Assembly (NCBI GenBank): GCA_951406725.2
Contig: OX597816.1
Location: 52,762,001 to 52,826,000, forward strand
Reading direction: 5' to 3'
Length of the DNA: 64,000 nucleotides
Source of the DNA: Octopus vulgaris
Lineage: Eukaryota
Of the stretch, positions 12,491-25,060 are shown one piece after another. Below the pieces are notes generated by a model. It did not search any database. It was given only the letters and a program-made list of their open reading frames with translations, and was not told where the DNA came from. Both the position numbers and the translations under genes were made by a program. Each line of letters opens with the position of its first letter. The first letter of the stretch is position 1.

Positions 12491-14227
12491 GGATTTCAAA
12501 TTTTAGCACAAGGTCAGTAATTTTGAGAGAAGAGAGTTGTTGATTTACATCAACCCCAGTGTGCCACTGGTACTTATTTTATAGACCCTGAAAGGATGAA
12601 ATGTAAAGTTGGCATCAATGGGAGCTAAATTCAAAATATAAAGAACTGAAACAAATATTCTAAGGCCTTTTTCTTTCTTCTTTTTTTTAATCTCCAATGC
12701 TCTAATGATTCTGCCAAGTCAAGCAATGATACCAACAACATAAACAATTTAATTATAAAGTAAATAACTTATTCGCAACACTTAGGAACAATAATATGAC
12801 ACTTGAGACAACTGCGATGAAAATATTGACCCTTTTTCTATTGTTTAACTGCCAACGTATGATGACATCAGTGGTACTGTTGTCATCACCACCACCACCA
12901 CCACTTGATATGTTAGTGGTATTGATTCCAACAATGTTTGGAATGATGACATTGTCACTGAAATATGTTCAGCTGCTTAACTTTTCTGTCTCAGGACCCA
13001 GATTATTTTAGATATTTCATCACTCTTAATAGCCTGTCAATACACTTAAAATAATGTCTATTAAATTACAAATATAGACATCAAGCTTTAAACCAGACAA
13101 ATTGACTATAAAACTGTATTCTTCGTGGGTGGAAAATTGTATGAAAAAGTTGTAATTATTGTATCTCTTATGCTTGAGGAGTAAGTTCAAATTAATTTGA
13201 TATATGTATTAAAAGACTTTCTTTGATGTAAAAGACACATGGGATTAACAATTATGAGAATTAAAATGAGATCAAAGAGGAAAATATTTTGTTAGTAAGG
13301 ACAGGAATACAAAACACCAATAAGTGTATTGGATAATTTTCAATGCTAGGATATTTAATGTTTTGATATAGAAGGAAAGTTGGCATAATTCCTAAATTCT
13401 AGGAAGTATAATGCTAAAGCTAAAAGTGAATATTATAGTCAACAAAAGAGACCAGAAATATTGTTGGAGTAAATTTACAATAAGTACTATACAAATTTGG
13501 AGATGAAAAATTGTGTTGCTTTGGGGGATGGCTTAACATTTAATTAGTATGTTTCCTTATTCCATGGTTTTGAATTCAGTCCTGCTGCACACCAACATGG
13601 TTAAATGTTATCTTTCATAGTTCCAAGTTGAACACTGTTTTATGAGTGAAATGTAGTAGAAATAATGTGTGAGCTCTGCAGGAATTTAGTATTTTTTGTT
13701 TGGGTAACAAAATCTTTCCTCATCCATGAGTGCTTTTAGCAGAGTCCATTCTGTTGCAAGCATTGAAGCCAGGTCTTCACAAGGTGAATAACTTTCTCCT
13801 TTCCAACCTTTAGTCTTAGAGGCCTTTAAAAAAATCATGAGCCCTGCCATTCCTCTGCTGACAAATTGTCCCCAGTTTCAGAAGACAGATTTAGAAAACA
13901 TTTTGCAATCTCAATGAACTCTCTGCACAAAATTGAAATTATTTCAGTTCAAAAGCGAGTTAACGTATAATAATCAATAATTGGAGAAGAGAAACAATTC
14001 TTTTTATTTTTTTTTACAGAGCCTATAAGACAAGTGGGAGAGAGAGGAAGGTATCCTCCAGCTGAAGACCTGGTCTGAAAGCTTACAATAGAGTGGACTC
14101 TGCTAGAGCTAGCCACAGTGCAAGGTAGTGACATTAAACTGGATGACAGTTTAACTCTTCCACCTATGTAAACCAAATCAAGATTTGAACTCAGAACACA
14201 AAGAGCCAAAAAAGTATTGCACAAATA

Positions 14228-14657
14228 GGCATAGGAGTGGCTGTGTGGTAAGTAGCTTGCTTACGAACCACATGGTTCCGGGTTCAGTCCCACTCCCTGG
14301 CACCTTGGGCACGTGTCTTCTGCTATAGCCTCGGGCCGACCAAAGCCTTGTGAGTGGACTTGATAGACAGAAACTGAAAGAAGCCTGTCGTATATATGTA
14401 TGTATATATATATGTATGTATGTAAGTGTGTGTATGTGTTTGTGTGTCTGTGTTTGTCCCCCCACCACCACCAACATCGCTTGATAACTGATGCTGGTGT
14501 GTTTACGTCCCTGTAACTTAGCAGTTCAGCAAAAGAGACCGATAAAATAAGTACTAGGCTTACAAAGAATAAGTCCTGGGGTTGATTTGCTTGACTAAAG
14601 GCAGTGCTCCAGCATGGCCACAGTCAAATGACTGAAACAAGTAAAAGAGTAAAAGAG
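14228..14657 (+). mobile_element. SINE family A, full length
   Basis: Matches the family A consensus. Confidence 0.92.
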
Positions 14658-17600
14658 CATCTGTCTCAATCCAAGGATGTGAATTAGTTTCACTAATCAA
14701 CGTCCTTGAATTTGACCCCTAAAAGGATGAAAGGCAATGTTGGCCTCAATGGGATTTCAATACAGAGCTCATAAAAGCAGAACAAATACCATAAAATATT
14801 CTGTCCAATATTCTAACAATAATCAAGAAGAAGGACAAGAGGTTATGATATCTGCAAACACAGAATTTGCTGCTAGCTGGAATTAACTGTAATGAACATC
14901 AAAAAATTAATCTTGCAGTAATTAATTTTAGGGATATAATTACCAATTTCCTGACATTGAGGATACTTTAACCTCAAAGAGCAGCCCAGCTCTGACTTGA
15001 ATATTTTGAAAAAAAAAAGAAAAAAAAACAGAAAAAAGATAAAATAAAAAATAATTTTAGTACTTTCATATCCTTTATGAAGATGATTTATTAGTTGTTT
15101 AGTGACATATAGACCTGTTGATCACTTTAGTCTGCAATTTTTGTTTTCTTCTACATTCCTGATAGACATGCTAACTTTAGTATAGATAATCACCCTCTGG
15201 GAGTGGACTTGACAAATGGAAAAATGTATCTATTGTTGCTTAGGTTATGAAAAGACTAATTTTCATAGAAAAAACTCCCCAGCTACAGTAACCTTGTCTC
15301 CAAGAAATATGACAACTAAAATTACACCCATGGTGATAAAAAAGACTTAGCTTAATGGTCAATTCTGGTTAAGAAAGGTAAGAGAGATAACACTGAAATT
15401 TTAGTTTATAGAAATTCATTAAGAATAGAAATGAGTAATGGAGTGAAGGGGTGTGTCTGCTCTCAGCTGGAAGTGTACTAAATCAAACATAAAGTACATC
15501 ATTGACAGACAGCATTAAAATCATGAAACTTTTGTATTTAATTCTGTACATGAAAATACACACACAAAAGATTACTATTTAATGCTTGTAAATTGAAATG
15601 AAAGAGGTATTATATGACGCATCAATACATCCTTAGATTGGCTTTCAAATAAAATTATGTTGTCACTATTTATTTGTCCAGATGATCAAATATACAATAG
15701 TAATAATAATGAAATGATTATATCATATGACAATTCAGTTAATATTACTTTTATTTCATTTATTTTTTCAATGGAGTTCAACGAAATCTCTTTGTGGTTG
15801 TCTGACTTATTTGATATAGCAGCAAAGTTTCTTTTAAATAATCCCTACCATCTTAATCAATGATATATGATGGGAAATTAAAATGGTATGATTATAGCTA
15901 GCTCTCTTTTGCTGTAAGAACCTGCAATCAGGAATTACTTGGAGCTAAACAACAACAATAACATGTAATAATTTAGTTAAAGTCCATTAGTGTAAAAAGA
16001 GACTGAGTGACTTTTGTATTAATTATTGGCTAAATTCATCAATCTGAGCTGAGTGGATGCATGAAGTTAATGGTGGTTATTCTGAGATTTTAACTGAGAG
16101 ACTATGCTTCTCTAGGAAATTATAAGGAATTAACTTTTATCTTTCTGCTTAATCCATGTGAGAGAGCTCTGGGAACATAAAAGCAAGGATCAAATTGATT
16201 TAAATTTCAAGTGTAAAGACATACAAGGAAATTATAATTTCTTGACATCCAACTGCTATTTAGACTAGCTCTTAAATTACAATATATCTCTGCGCAATGT
16301 GTAAGACTGAAGAGCTGGATGTCTACGGTAGACACTATAAAGAAATAGAATGGATGAAGAGAGATAAATATTTCACTTTTTTTTTAAATATTAGTCACAG
16401 GAAACAGAGGGGCAGGGCCCTTCATCTTTGAAAGTTTTTCTCCCAGCTTTTGAAAACAATGTGGTTCATGATAAGCATGAATATTTGTAGGTAAATATTT
16501 ATTGATAAACGTGGATGGGGAGGAAATTCTAAATGGATGAAATCCTAGAAAGGAAGAACTTGTCAAAGAGTTTAGAATGAGGGTCTGTCTGTGACATAAG
16601 CATGGACGAAAAATGATGGCTACATTCAAATACAAAGAGTATGCAGTTAGGTAAGTTGGAAGAACAGTAGCTATTATAACAGTAATGGAAAAGATAAAGA
16701 GAAGAACTCGTTCCTGTGAGTCAGTGATGGCAGAAGTATGTTGGTGAATGGTTTACTGATGAGCTAAGGGCATCTGTCTACTAAAATTATCCCCACAAAG
16801 TTTTGTTCAATCGACAGTGACACAATATAAAGCACTCACGCAATGTTCTGTACTGTGAAGTCAAGCCCAGAATTCCATAACTTCAAAGTGCACCACTATG
16901 CATTCATCTATATAATTTATTTTAAAATAACATTATATAATATTTTCGTTCTTTTTATGCTCTTCAAAATACCAATAATTCTCACCCACCACAACCATCA
17001 AGCTGCTTTTAATTCCTCTACTTTTCCCACCCACTTCACTATCAAAGAACCAAAAACAAAAACAAGTCAAAAATAGTATTTCTCCTCCCCAGACAAATAA
17101 ATAGAAATAAAGTTAATTTATTGATTTGCACACATGAACATCAGTTCAATTAAAAGAAACTAATATTTGTAACTGGACTTGTGCTTGCATCAGCATCCAG
17201 TCAACATCCAGTCACAATCTATATATTTTAGTACAACACATTTTTTTTCTTTTTAGGTCTACTTTAATTACTCTTCTTGCTAGATTTTTCTCTTTAAAAA
17301 TGATCATATAAAGTTTAAGTTGTCAAAAAAACATTTTTTATACTAAATCAATTTGAATTTATTTTTCTTACATAATTTTTCATTTATGGGACTCCAATTA
17401 ACTTCGTATCATACATGATGTACTTAACATTAAAATAGTGGATGTGATAAACTGGTAATGTTTTAAGTATTAGAATTGGTTGTAGCATCTAAATAAACAA
17501 ATATGGAAGCAGCTACAAGACTGCTCAATCTAATAGAAATATCAAATAAATATCCTTCAAATTGTGCCCTACTGTTTAAAGAAGTCAACAGGTATATTTG

Positions 17601-17983
17601 ATAATATGGTACCTGATGTACTAAATGAACGAGATGGTCATGAATAGAAAGCTATTTTTTAATTTTTCCTTTTTTGTGTGTGTGAGTGTTTGTAAGTCTA
17701 CCCAGTCAGGGATGGCCACATACTAAACAAAAAGTACAGCATTTCAAACCATGACCTTGGTGAGCCTCTACATGTTGATCAACCTGCTAAGAATAGCAGT
17801 CAAATTTCCCTCAAATAACACACTTTCATTAGATAAACAAAGGAAAGGCTCATTCGATTATGTAGTTCCAGATACATTTTGTCAGAAAAAAAATGAGTCA
17901 TTGTTCAGAGAAACATCTTTGGTCATTGGTCTGCTCAGTCAGGGATAACAAGGATGGGAATGAGCTACAGCTACTGCTGTTTA

Positions 17984-18239
17984 TACTACTACTACTACAC
18001 CGACAACGACAACTACTACTACTACTACTACTACTATGACTACAACGACAACTACTATGCCGACAACGACAACGACAACTACTATGCCGACAATGCCAAC
18101 AACGACAACTACTACTATTACTACGCCGACAATGATGACAATGACAACTACTACAACTACTACTACTACTACGCCGACAATGATGACAACTACTACTACT
18201 ACTACGCTGACGACAACGACTACTACTACTACTACTACA
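17984..18239. repeat. Compound (TAC)n/(GACAAC)n trinucleotide-phase repeat
   Basis: Alternating TAC runs and GCCGACAACGACAAC blocks. Confidence 0.95.
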
Positions 18240-18798
18240 TGCAATCTACATCTGCTAACATTATCATAACTATTGACAGTAGTGGTAAAGTGTTAATATC
18301 TCCACTAATATTATCTGTATACCACCACTGCAACCACCATCGTCATAACTGTTCCCCTTTGGTTCGTGAGATTAGCAAGATTGCTGATTTGAACATAGTT
18401 TAAACTATTGAATTATAAGATTGTAATGTCCAATAGTCTCTGAGCATCAGGTTGTTTAACCTTTGTAGTAATGGAAACATTTTTTCTTTTAGTATTTGTG
18501 TACGGTTGGAGAGGGTGTGGAAGAGAGAAAGAGAGCTGGAGCAATAGAAAGGAAGAGTGAGAGCGGAACTAAGAGAAATACAGAAATAAAAATACAGTGA
18601 GCGATAACAAGTGTATGAGCACTCACTTGAATGTAGTGTTAAGAAACCTCTAAGCTGTATAATGTCTATTCATTATTATTGACAAATGAGATAAATGTCA
18701 GTTTTCATTAAAATTGCACTATTTATAAACTGTTATTGAATAACATGATGAAAATTCAACTTGATATCTTTTTTTAAACTTTAAAAAATGTCTCATAC

Positions 18799-19497
18799 AG
18801 GCACATAATGGTTGTGTTGTAAAAAGTTTGCTTCCTAACCATATTGTTCTGGGTTCAGTCCCTTTGTGTGACATCTTGAGCAAGTGTCTTTTACTATAGT
18901 CCCAAGCTGACCAAAACCTTGTAAGTGCATCTGGTAGACAGAAACTGAAAGGAGCACATTGTATATGTAAATATATATCTATATAAAACATTCAAACAAG
19001 GTCGTTGCCAGTGCCGCTGGAGTGGCTCCTGTGCAGGTGGCACGTAAAAAATACCATTTGAACGTAGCTGTTGCCAGTACCGCCTGACTGGCCCTTGTGC
19101 TGGTGGCATGTAAAAGCACTCACTACACTCTCGGAGTGGTTGGCATTAGGAAGGGTATCCAGCTGTAGAAACTCTGCCAGATCAGATTGGAGCCTGGTGC
19201 AGCCATCTGGTTCACCAGTCCTTAGTCAAATCGTCCAACCCATGCTATCATGGAAAGGGGACGTTAAACGATGATGACGATATGTATCTTTTTGTCTATG
19301 TTTGTCCCCAACCACCACTTGACAATCTGTGTCAGTGTGTTTGTGTACCCGTGAATTAGCAGTTCAGCAAAAGAGACTGATAGAATAAGTATCACACTTA
19401 CAAAGAAATATAAGTGCTGGGGTTGACTTATTCGATAAAAATTCTTCAAAGTAGTGCCCCAATGAGGCCTCAGTCTAATGACTGAAACAAGTAAGAT
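18799..19497 (+). mobile_element. Older SINE A interrupted by an RTE 3' UTR fragment (about 18985-19281)
   Basis: SINE head 18799-18965, RTE UTR ending GTTAAACGATGATGACG, then the SINE resumes at TGTTTGTCCCC...GAAACAAGTAA. Confidence 0.85.
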
Positions 19498-19860
19498 ATG
19501 AGGGTGAAAAGAAAGGAAAAATGCATGACCATGGCATAAGAACAGTTTGAAAGACCAAAGAAAAGGAAAAAAAAGGAGAAAATTATTTGAGAATGATCTT
19601 TGGCTTATCATCCCTGCAAGAAGTGCAAAAAATTGTTTTAACTGGTATGTCAGATGTATTGAGAAGAGTACTATTGCTGTGAAAATGACAACCATCCATG
19701 TAAAGATTTTTATTTTTTTATAAAACTTTGCTTGACTTTGTAAAGGAACAATCTGGTGTATTTATTTTAATGGTGTGTCACTGTATACAATGAGCTTCTT
19801 TGCCCTAGGTGTCAGGAAGACACTCAACACGAAATGGAAACAAACTTGAAGAAGAAAAAC

Positions 19861-19891
<31 letters not shown>

Positions 19892-19937
19892 TCATAATAA
19901 TGATAAATTATATAAAGTTATATATAATTCAACTTAC

Positions 19938-20054
19938 TTGATATAATAGGGCTTATCATTTTTGTCAAGAGCTTCCTCCCAACCATATGGCAGGCCATTC
20001 TTTGGATACCAATTGTCTCGTGGTGGTATCCAAGATGTAACTTGACTGAGATGG
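19938..20054 (-). CDS. FRMPD4: Internal coding exon (phase 2-2, 117 nt) of a FERM and PDZ domain-containing protein 4 (Preso)-like gene; WW domain region
   Basis: Minus strand reads tttatttatatttctag|C CAT CTC...TAT TAT ATC AA|gtaagt, with a canonical acceptor and donor. It translates as HLSQVTSWIPPRDNWYPKNGLPYGWEEALDKNDKPYYI(N), containing the WW motif LPxGWE...YYI. It is colinear with human FRMPD4 [39 protein letters not shown] (recalled from memory). Flanking exons were not found in the window. Confidence 0.82.
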
Positions 20055-20107
20055 CTAGAAATATAAATAAAAAGAAATAAATTAGACTGAGAAAAATATT
20101 GTTGGAA

Positions 20108-20390
20108 AAGGCAATAGGCATAGTGGTTAAGAGTGCGGGTCACTAACCCCAAGATTCTGAGTTCGATTCCAAACAGTGGCCTGAATAATAATAATAATGA
20201 TAATAATAATAACAACAATAACATCAAAAAATACTTTACGAATGAGAATCCAGGTTCGAAATTTCCCCAAGACACCTGAAGAAGGCTAGAGGGTATATCA
20301 GCTGAAACGTTGTTTTAACAACAAAAAAGATGAGGACAAATATCCGTCAAATGTAAATGATGTAAATAATGTAAATATAAATGTAAATAT
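20108..20390 (+). mobile_element. tRNA-headed element with (AAT)n linker and hammerhead-ribozyme-like 3' domain (SINE/retrozyme-like)
   Basis: TAGTGGTTAAGAG (A box) and GAGTTCGATTCC (B box), then an AAT repeat, then GACAC-CTGAAGA-A-GGCT...AGCT-GAAAC-GTT-GTTTT; 3' domain repeated at 55750-55868. Confidence 0.75.
20271..20316 (+). ncRNA. Minimal type I hammerhead ribozyme-like motif
   Basis: Core CUGAAGA and GAAA, stem II GGCU/AGCU, palindromic minimal stem III (AACGUU), stem I GACAC/GUUUU with one mismatch. Confidence 0.6.
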
Positions 20391-20470
20391 AGAGCTGAAA
20401 AACAGTAACATTAACAACATGAATTTTAGCCAATGAGGGAACAATTATATGATCAATTGATCGGATAGTT

Positions 20471-20812
20471 AGGCACACAGCTTAGTGGTTAGAGCATCAA
20501 GCTCTCAATCATGAGGTAGTGAGTTTGATTCCTTGACCAGACTTTGTGTTGTATTCTTGAGAAAGACACATATTTCCTGATGCTCCAGTTCACTCAGCTA
20601 TAGAAATGAGTTGCTATGTCACTGGTGCCATGCTGTATCAGCCTTTGCCTTTTCCTTGGATAACCTCGGTGGTGTGGAGAAGGGAGACTGGTATGTATGG
20701 GCAACAGCTGGTCTTCTATAAAGAACCTATCTGGACTTGTGCCTTGGAGGGGAACTTCTTAGGTGCAATCAATCCCATGATCATTCATATCTGAAGGGGG
20801 TCTTTTACCTTT
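20471..20812 (+). mobile_element. SINE family E (tRNA head + conserved core)
   Basis: Degenerate copy of 49344-49687. Confidence 0.8.
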
Positions 20813-21077
20813 TAGCTTATCTAATAAAGATAGCAGCCAAATTTCCCTCAAATTCCAGGCCCCATCATCTTAGATGAGGGGTGGATACATTAAATAGTGT
20901 AGTCTGAAATATAATTTTCAAATAAATGGCTGGCATGTATTTGATTATAAATGTCAAATGTTCTCAAGACAACAGGGGAACGTCTACATGGTTTGCTCGA
21001 CCTGCTAGAAATAGCAACCAAATGCTTTTCAAATCATCACACTTTACCTTCTAATAAAAAAAGAAATAACACATTGG

Positions 21078-21943
21078 TTAACTCTTTAGCATTCAATCCA
21101 GTGACATTCAGCCAAAATATGTGGATCTTTACCTTTTGACCGACAGATTTAAAAATAATTTTTTGTAACTAAACACTTTCAAACTTCGGACACTGGTAGA
21201 ATGTGTCATATAAAACATGTTTTACTCTTAGCATTTTTGAGAAAAACATATATTTATGAAGTTATTTCACATTAAAGTTGTCCAATTTTGGTAATTTCAA
21301 CCAATCAATGACGTGTATTCAGCTGAAAAAAATTACTGCTATTGTTTGTCAACAACAATTATCAGCGGTGTATTTTTCGTTTGTCACTGTTATTTATGAC
21401 ATCGTTTGAGCATTTGTACTGGCTTTAGCTTTAAGGTTTTAGGGTTAGGGGGTTAGGGTTCGGGTGTTATGGTTAGGGTGTTAGGGTTTGGGTTAAGGGG
21501 ATAGGGTTGTCATAAATAACAGTGACAAACGAAATATACACCGCTGGAAGTTCTTTTAATTTCATTCAGCTAAATGCACATCATTAATTGGTTGAAATTA
21601 CTGAAATAGGATGACTTTAACGTGAAATAACTTCATAAGTTTAAGTTTTTCTCAAAAATGCTAAGAGTAAAAGATGTTTTATATAACACATTCTACCAGT
21701 GTCCGAAGTTTGAAAGTGTTTAGTTACAAAAAATTATTTTTTAAATCTGTAGGTCAAAATTCTACCTGTTTTATGTTCAAATTAGCCAGATCTGGCCTCT
21801 CACACCTATCCTGCAATATCATTCTAACAATAAACAATCACATCATCAAAATCTCAAAGCTATAAGATAATGTATGATTAATTCAAAACAATGTGAATAA
21901 AAAAGCATTACATTTGATAGAATAATGCAAATGCTAAAGGGTT
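21078..21943 (+). mobile_element. piggyBac-type MITE interrupted by a foldback element
   Basis: Termini TTAACTCTTTAGCATT / AATGCTAAAGGGTT; internal sequence continues across the 21120-21759 insertion. Confidence 0.7.
21134..21759. mobile_element. Foldback/MITE with long inverted arms and a degenerate (TTAGGG)n core
   Basis: TTTTGACC-ACAGATTTAAAAA...GTCACTGTTATTTATGACA is mirrored as TGTCATAAATAACAGTGAC...TTTAAATCTGTAGGTCAAAA; core TTAGGG variants at about 21435-21508. Confidence 0.9.
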
Positions 21944-22967
21944 CTAAAAATAAGACAGGATAGTCATGTCTAGAATGTCCTTAACCATAGGTCTGCCTAA
22001 ATTTGAAACCATTATTTTTTATTCCATAAAATTAAATGCAAGCCACTAAAAGGGGTTCCTCCAGTGAATCTCAAAACTTCAGTACTAATTTCTTCTCTTT
22101 AGGTTTGTGTTGAATTGATAAAACAGGTTGTACTATTTATTTTATTTGTCAGTACCTACACTTATCTAGATTCTGACTTAAGTCAAGAAAAGAATAACTC
22201 AACCATCTCTTCACTTCTATAAAGAGTAAATACAATTCCTTTTAATCTAAAATTCTATTTCGCAAATCAAAAAATATATATTCAGTAGTTGGAAGAAATT
22301 ATGTATTGTGAAACAAAATGCAATTAATATTTTTTTTAAATCCTTTGCTATTGAATTCACTTATTGAGTCTAATTACTGAATCTTTTGAAATTAATTTAT
22401 GTTCTTGTGAATAAATACTTTCAGTGAAATTAATATTTTTTTATTATAATTTTTGATATATTTTACAGCATCCAAGTGAATATAACTAATTTAGCTTTGA
22501 ATAATTTAGCTTTTTAAATTTAGAGTGTTAGTTACATTTGGAGAATATCTCCAAACCTATTTTAGACAGTTCCTACTTTGTTTTGTAAAGCATATTGATA
22601 AATAATACTAAAATGAGTATTCTCTATAGTTTGTGTCATTTGCATAATATAAAAACAAAGGACAAATGAGAACAGATGAATGGGAAAAATATCTAGTATT
22701 TCATAAAAGATATTGAAACATGGAATTTAACGAATGTAATATTTTTGAAATAATTCCATGAGAGCAGTAATAGAAAGTATAGGGTTAAAACGACTCTGTA
22801 GTGTTGCCTTTATGTCTGAGAATATGATGAAATCTGTAATGTTGGGGACATGATAAAATATTCCCGCTACCCTCTGTAAAGTGGTCAGTGATAAATAGAT
22901 AAATGAAAGCTAAGGACCACTATCTTTCCTGTCGAGAAATACTTTTGGCTCAGTATTGATAAATATC

Positions 22968-23281
22968 GTGGAGGCGCAATGGCCCAATGGTTAGGGCAAT
23001 GGACTCACGGTCGGAGGATCACGGTTTCGATTCCCAGACCGGGCGTTGTGTGTGTTTATTGAGCAAAAATACCTAAAAGCTCCCCGAGACCCCAGCAGAG
23101 GGTAGTGGCAACCCCTGTTGTACTCTTTCGCCACAATTTTCTCTCACTCCCTCTTCCAGTTTCTTGAGTAATGCTGCGATGGACTGACGTCCTGTCCAGC
23201 TGGGGGAACACATACGCTACAGAAACTGGAAAACGGGGTCCATGAGCCTGTCTAGGCTTGAAAAGTGTGACAAAAAAAAAA
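22968..23281 (+). mobile_element. SINE family D, full length
   Basis: GTGGAGGCGCAATGGCCCAATGGTTAGG A box, GGTTTCGATTCCC B box, A-rich tail. Confidence 0.9.
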
Positions 23282-24534
23282 TTAGTAAATATCAGGTTCA
23301 ACAAATTTTATTGGTTACAGATAGATAAAAAATAAAAACAAGTCCAGAACTGCAGCTGACTTAATAGACTTCACCCTTCTAGTATATTCTTATAAAGCAT
23401 CAAAGATGGAAATGGATTCAAAATAGAAAACAGTATCCTACCACTAAACTTAAGGCCTAGTGCTTATATTAAATAAAATCAATATGCATTTGGACATTTT
23501 CCATCTGTTGGACATTTCTAATCTAAGAGTTTAACTGTTCCACTGCAGTTGATACCACACAGTAAGTATATTACACAAAACACACCAATAGTTGAAATTT
23601 ATTGTTTTTTTTAACATGAGCTCAAATTTATTCGTCAGCATCACCTCAGATATTCAGATATACATCGTTTGCTTTTATAGTATATTTTCCTGTGTTAGTC
23701 AGCTCTTGTATGTTATAAGTTCACTGAAATCAACATCCAAAGGCTAAAATTTGATGCTTTCAGGTTTTATGAAGAAAATTATCATGTGAAAGAAATAAAT
23801 ATCTGACCTCAGACTAAATTAATGCCAAGACCACACAAATAAGCACGCTTTTATGCAATCACATATCTGACCTGTGAGTAACACTGATGCTAAGATAAGT
23901 ATGCCTTTATGCAATTACTTGACCTGCTTGATATAGCAGCCAAATCTTCATCAAATCGCCCCATCCTCATCTCACTATCTTAAGAGTAGAACACATAATT
24001 CTTGATAACAGAAAAGAGAGAATGATCACAATAAAACTGCCTTTGGTCATAGGCTTGTTCGATCAGGACAGACATGGAGCAAAAACAACAGCTAATTCTG
24101 AGAGTAACAATGTATTTCATCCAAAGTTGTTCTCCACATGCTTAGAATACAAATATATTCTCTTGTTATTCTCTTGTAATTAAGTTATATGAATACCTTA
24201 ATTATTATCTATTTAACCAAGTAGAGCTAATGATAAGCTGACATTTATGTATTCATGTTATCAAATGAGAGATACAATCTTAATTTCAATTTGAGTAATT
24301 TCTTATTTGAATTTGAGTGGAGTTGCTATAGTTATTAAATGCTAATTATTTCACATTACTACATCTAATATATATCTTCGAGTAAAATTTACCAAATGAG
24401 ACATTTAGTTTTTTACTTATCAACTTAATAATATGCAACCATTCAAGAGAAGTGTGGAGAGAAAGAATTGGTTGACTGTTGATTTGAATGTCTTGTAGTA
24501 TTTAATCACCAAAATAACTTTGTTTTATCTTTCA

Positions 24535-24925
24535 CTAGCAGTATTGCCCAGTGTTACTCGGGCTTCTTTCAGCCCTTTAGAATTGGAATTTTTGAAAATT
24601 AAAAATTTTGCATTATGTAGCTTGTTATTCTCTTTAAGTGAACATTTTTCTGGTTGAAATACACCGAAAAATGGCGACACAGCAATAAAAAAATCGTAAA
24701 AATAGGGATTTTCATAGAAAAAAAGCACCTTTTTGATGTAAATAATTTTTGGTGTTAACATGATCCGATTTGAATTTTATCTTCTACGGAAGGAAGAGCA
24801 AGCCTTCTTCTATCATACTCTTAATTTTGGTCAACTTATGCCGCAGTGTCTCGGAGGAGATAGTGTTAGTTGAAAGCTACCAAACCTGCCATATGCAGAC
24901 AACTTCAACTTTATATATAGAGAGA
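24535..24925 (-). mobile_element. Non-autonomous Helitron
   Basis: Minus strand starts A|TCTCTCTATATATAAAG; 3' hairpin GCCCGAGTAACACTGGGC then CTAG|T; no TSD. Confidence 0.8.
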
Positions 24926-25060
24926 TTATTCCAAAGTTGTTAAGAATGTACCAGGAAAAATCCCAGAATTCACTGTTGATTTAAATGGTTCCTCCCAACT
25001 TACAAATTTATTGCAGCTTTCAGTTTATGCTAGAAATAAATATTCTATAAACATATTATA

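Noticed and set aside
14000-14060. Plus-strand polypyrimidine tract + CAG acceptor
   Set aside because: All frames stop quickly or lack homology, and no partner exons were found.
19934-20275. 113-aa ORF taken as a whole gene with a signal peptide
   Set aside because: The Leu-rich N-terminus is the antisense (AAT)n of the repeat; only 19938-20054 has splice sites and homology.
21435-21508. True telomere or chromosome fusion site
   Set aside because: Short, degenerate, single orientation and enclosed by inverted arms of a mobile element.
22968-23045. SINE heads (also 20110-20180 and 49610-49687) as functional tRNA genes
   Set aside because: Cloverleaf stems are imperfect and the heads continue directly into SINE bodies.
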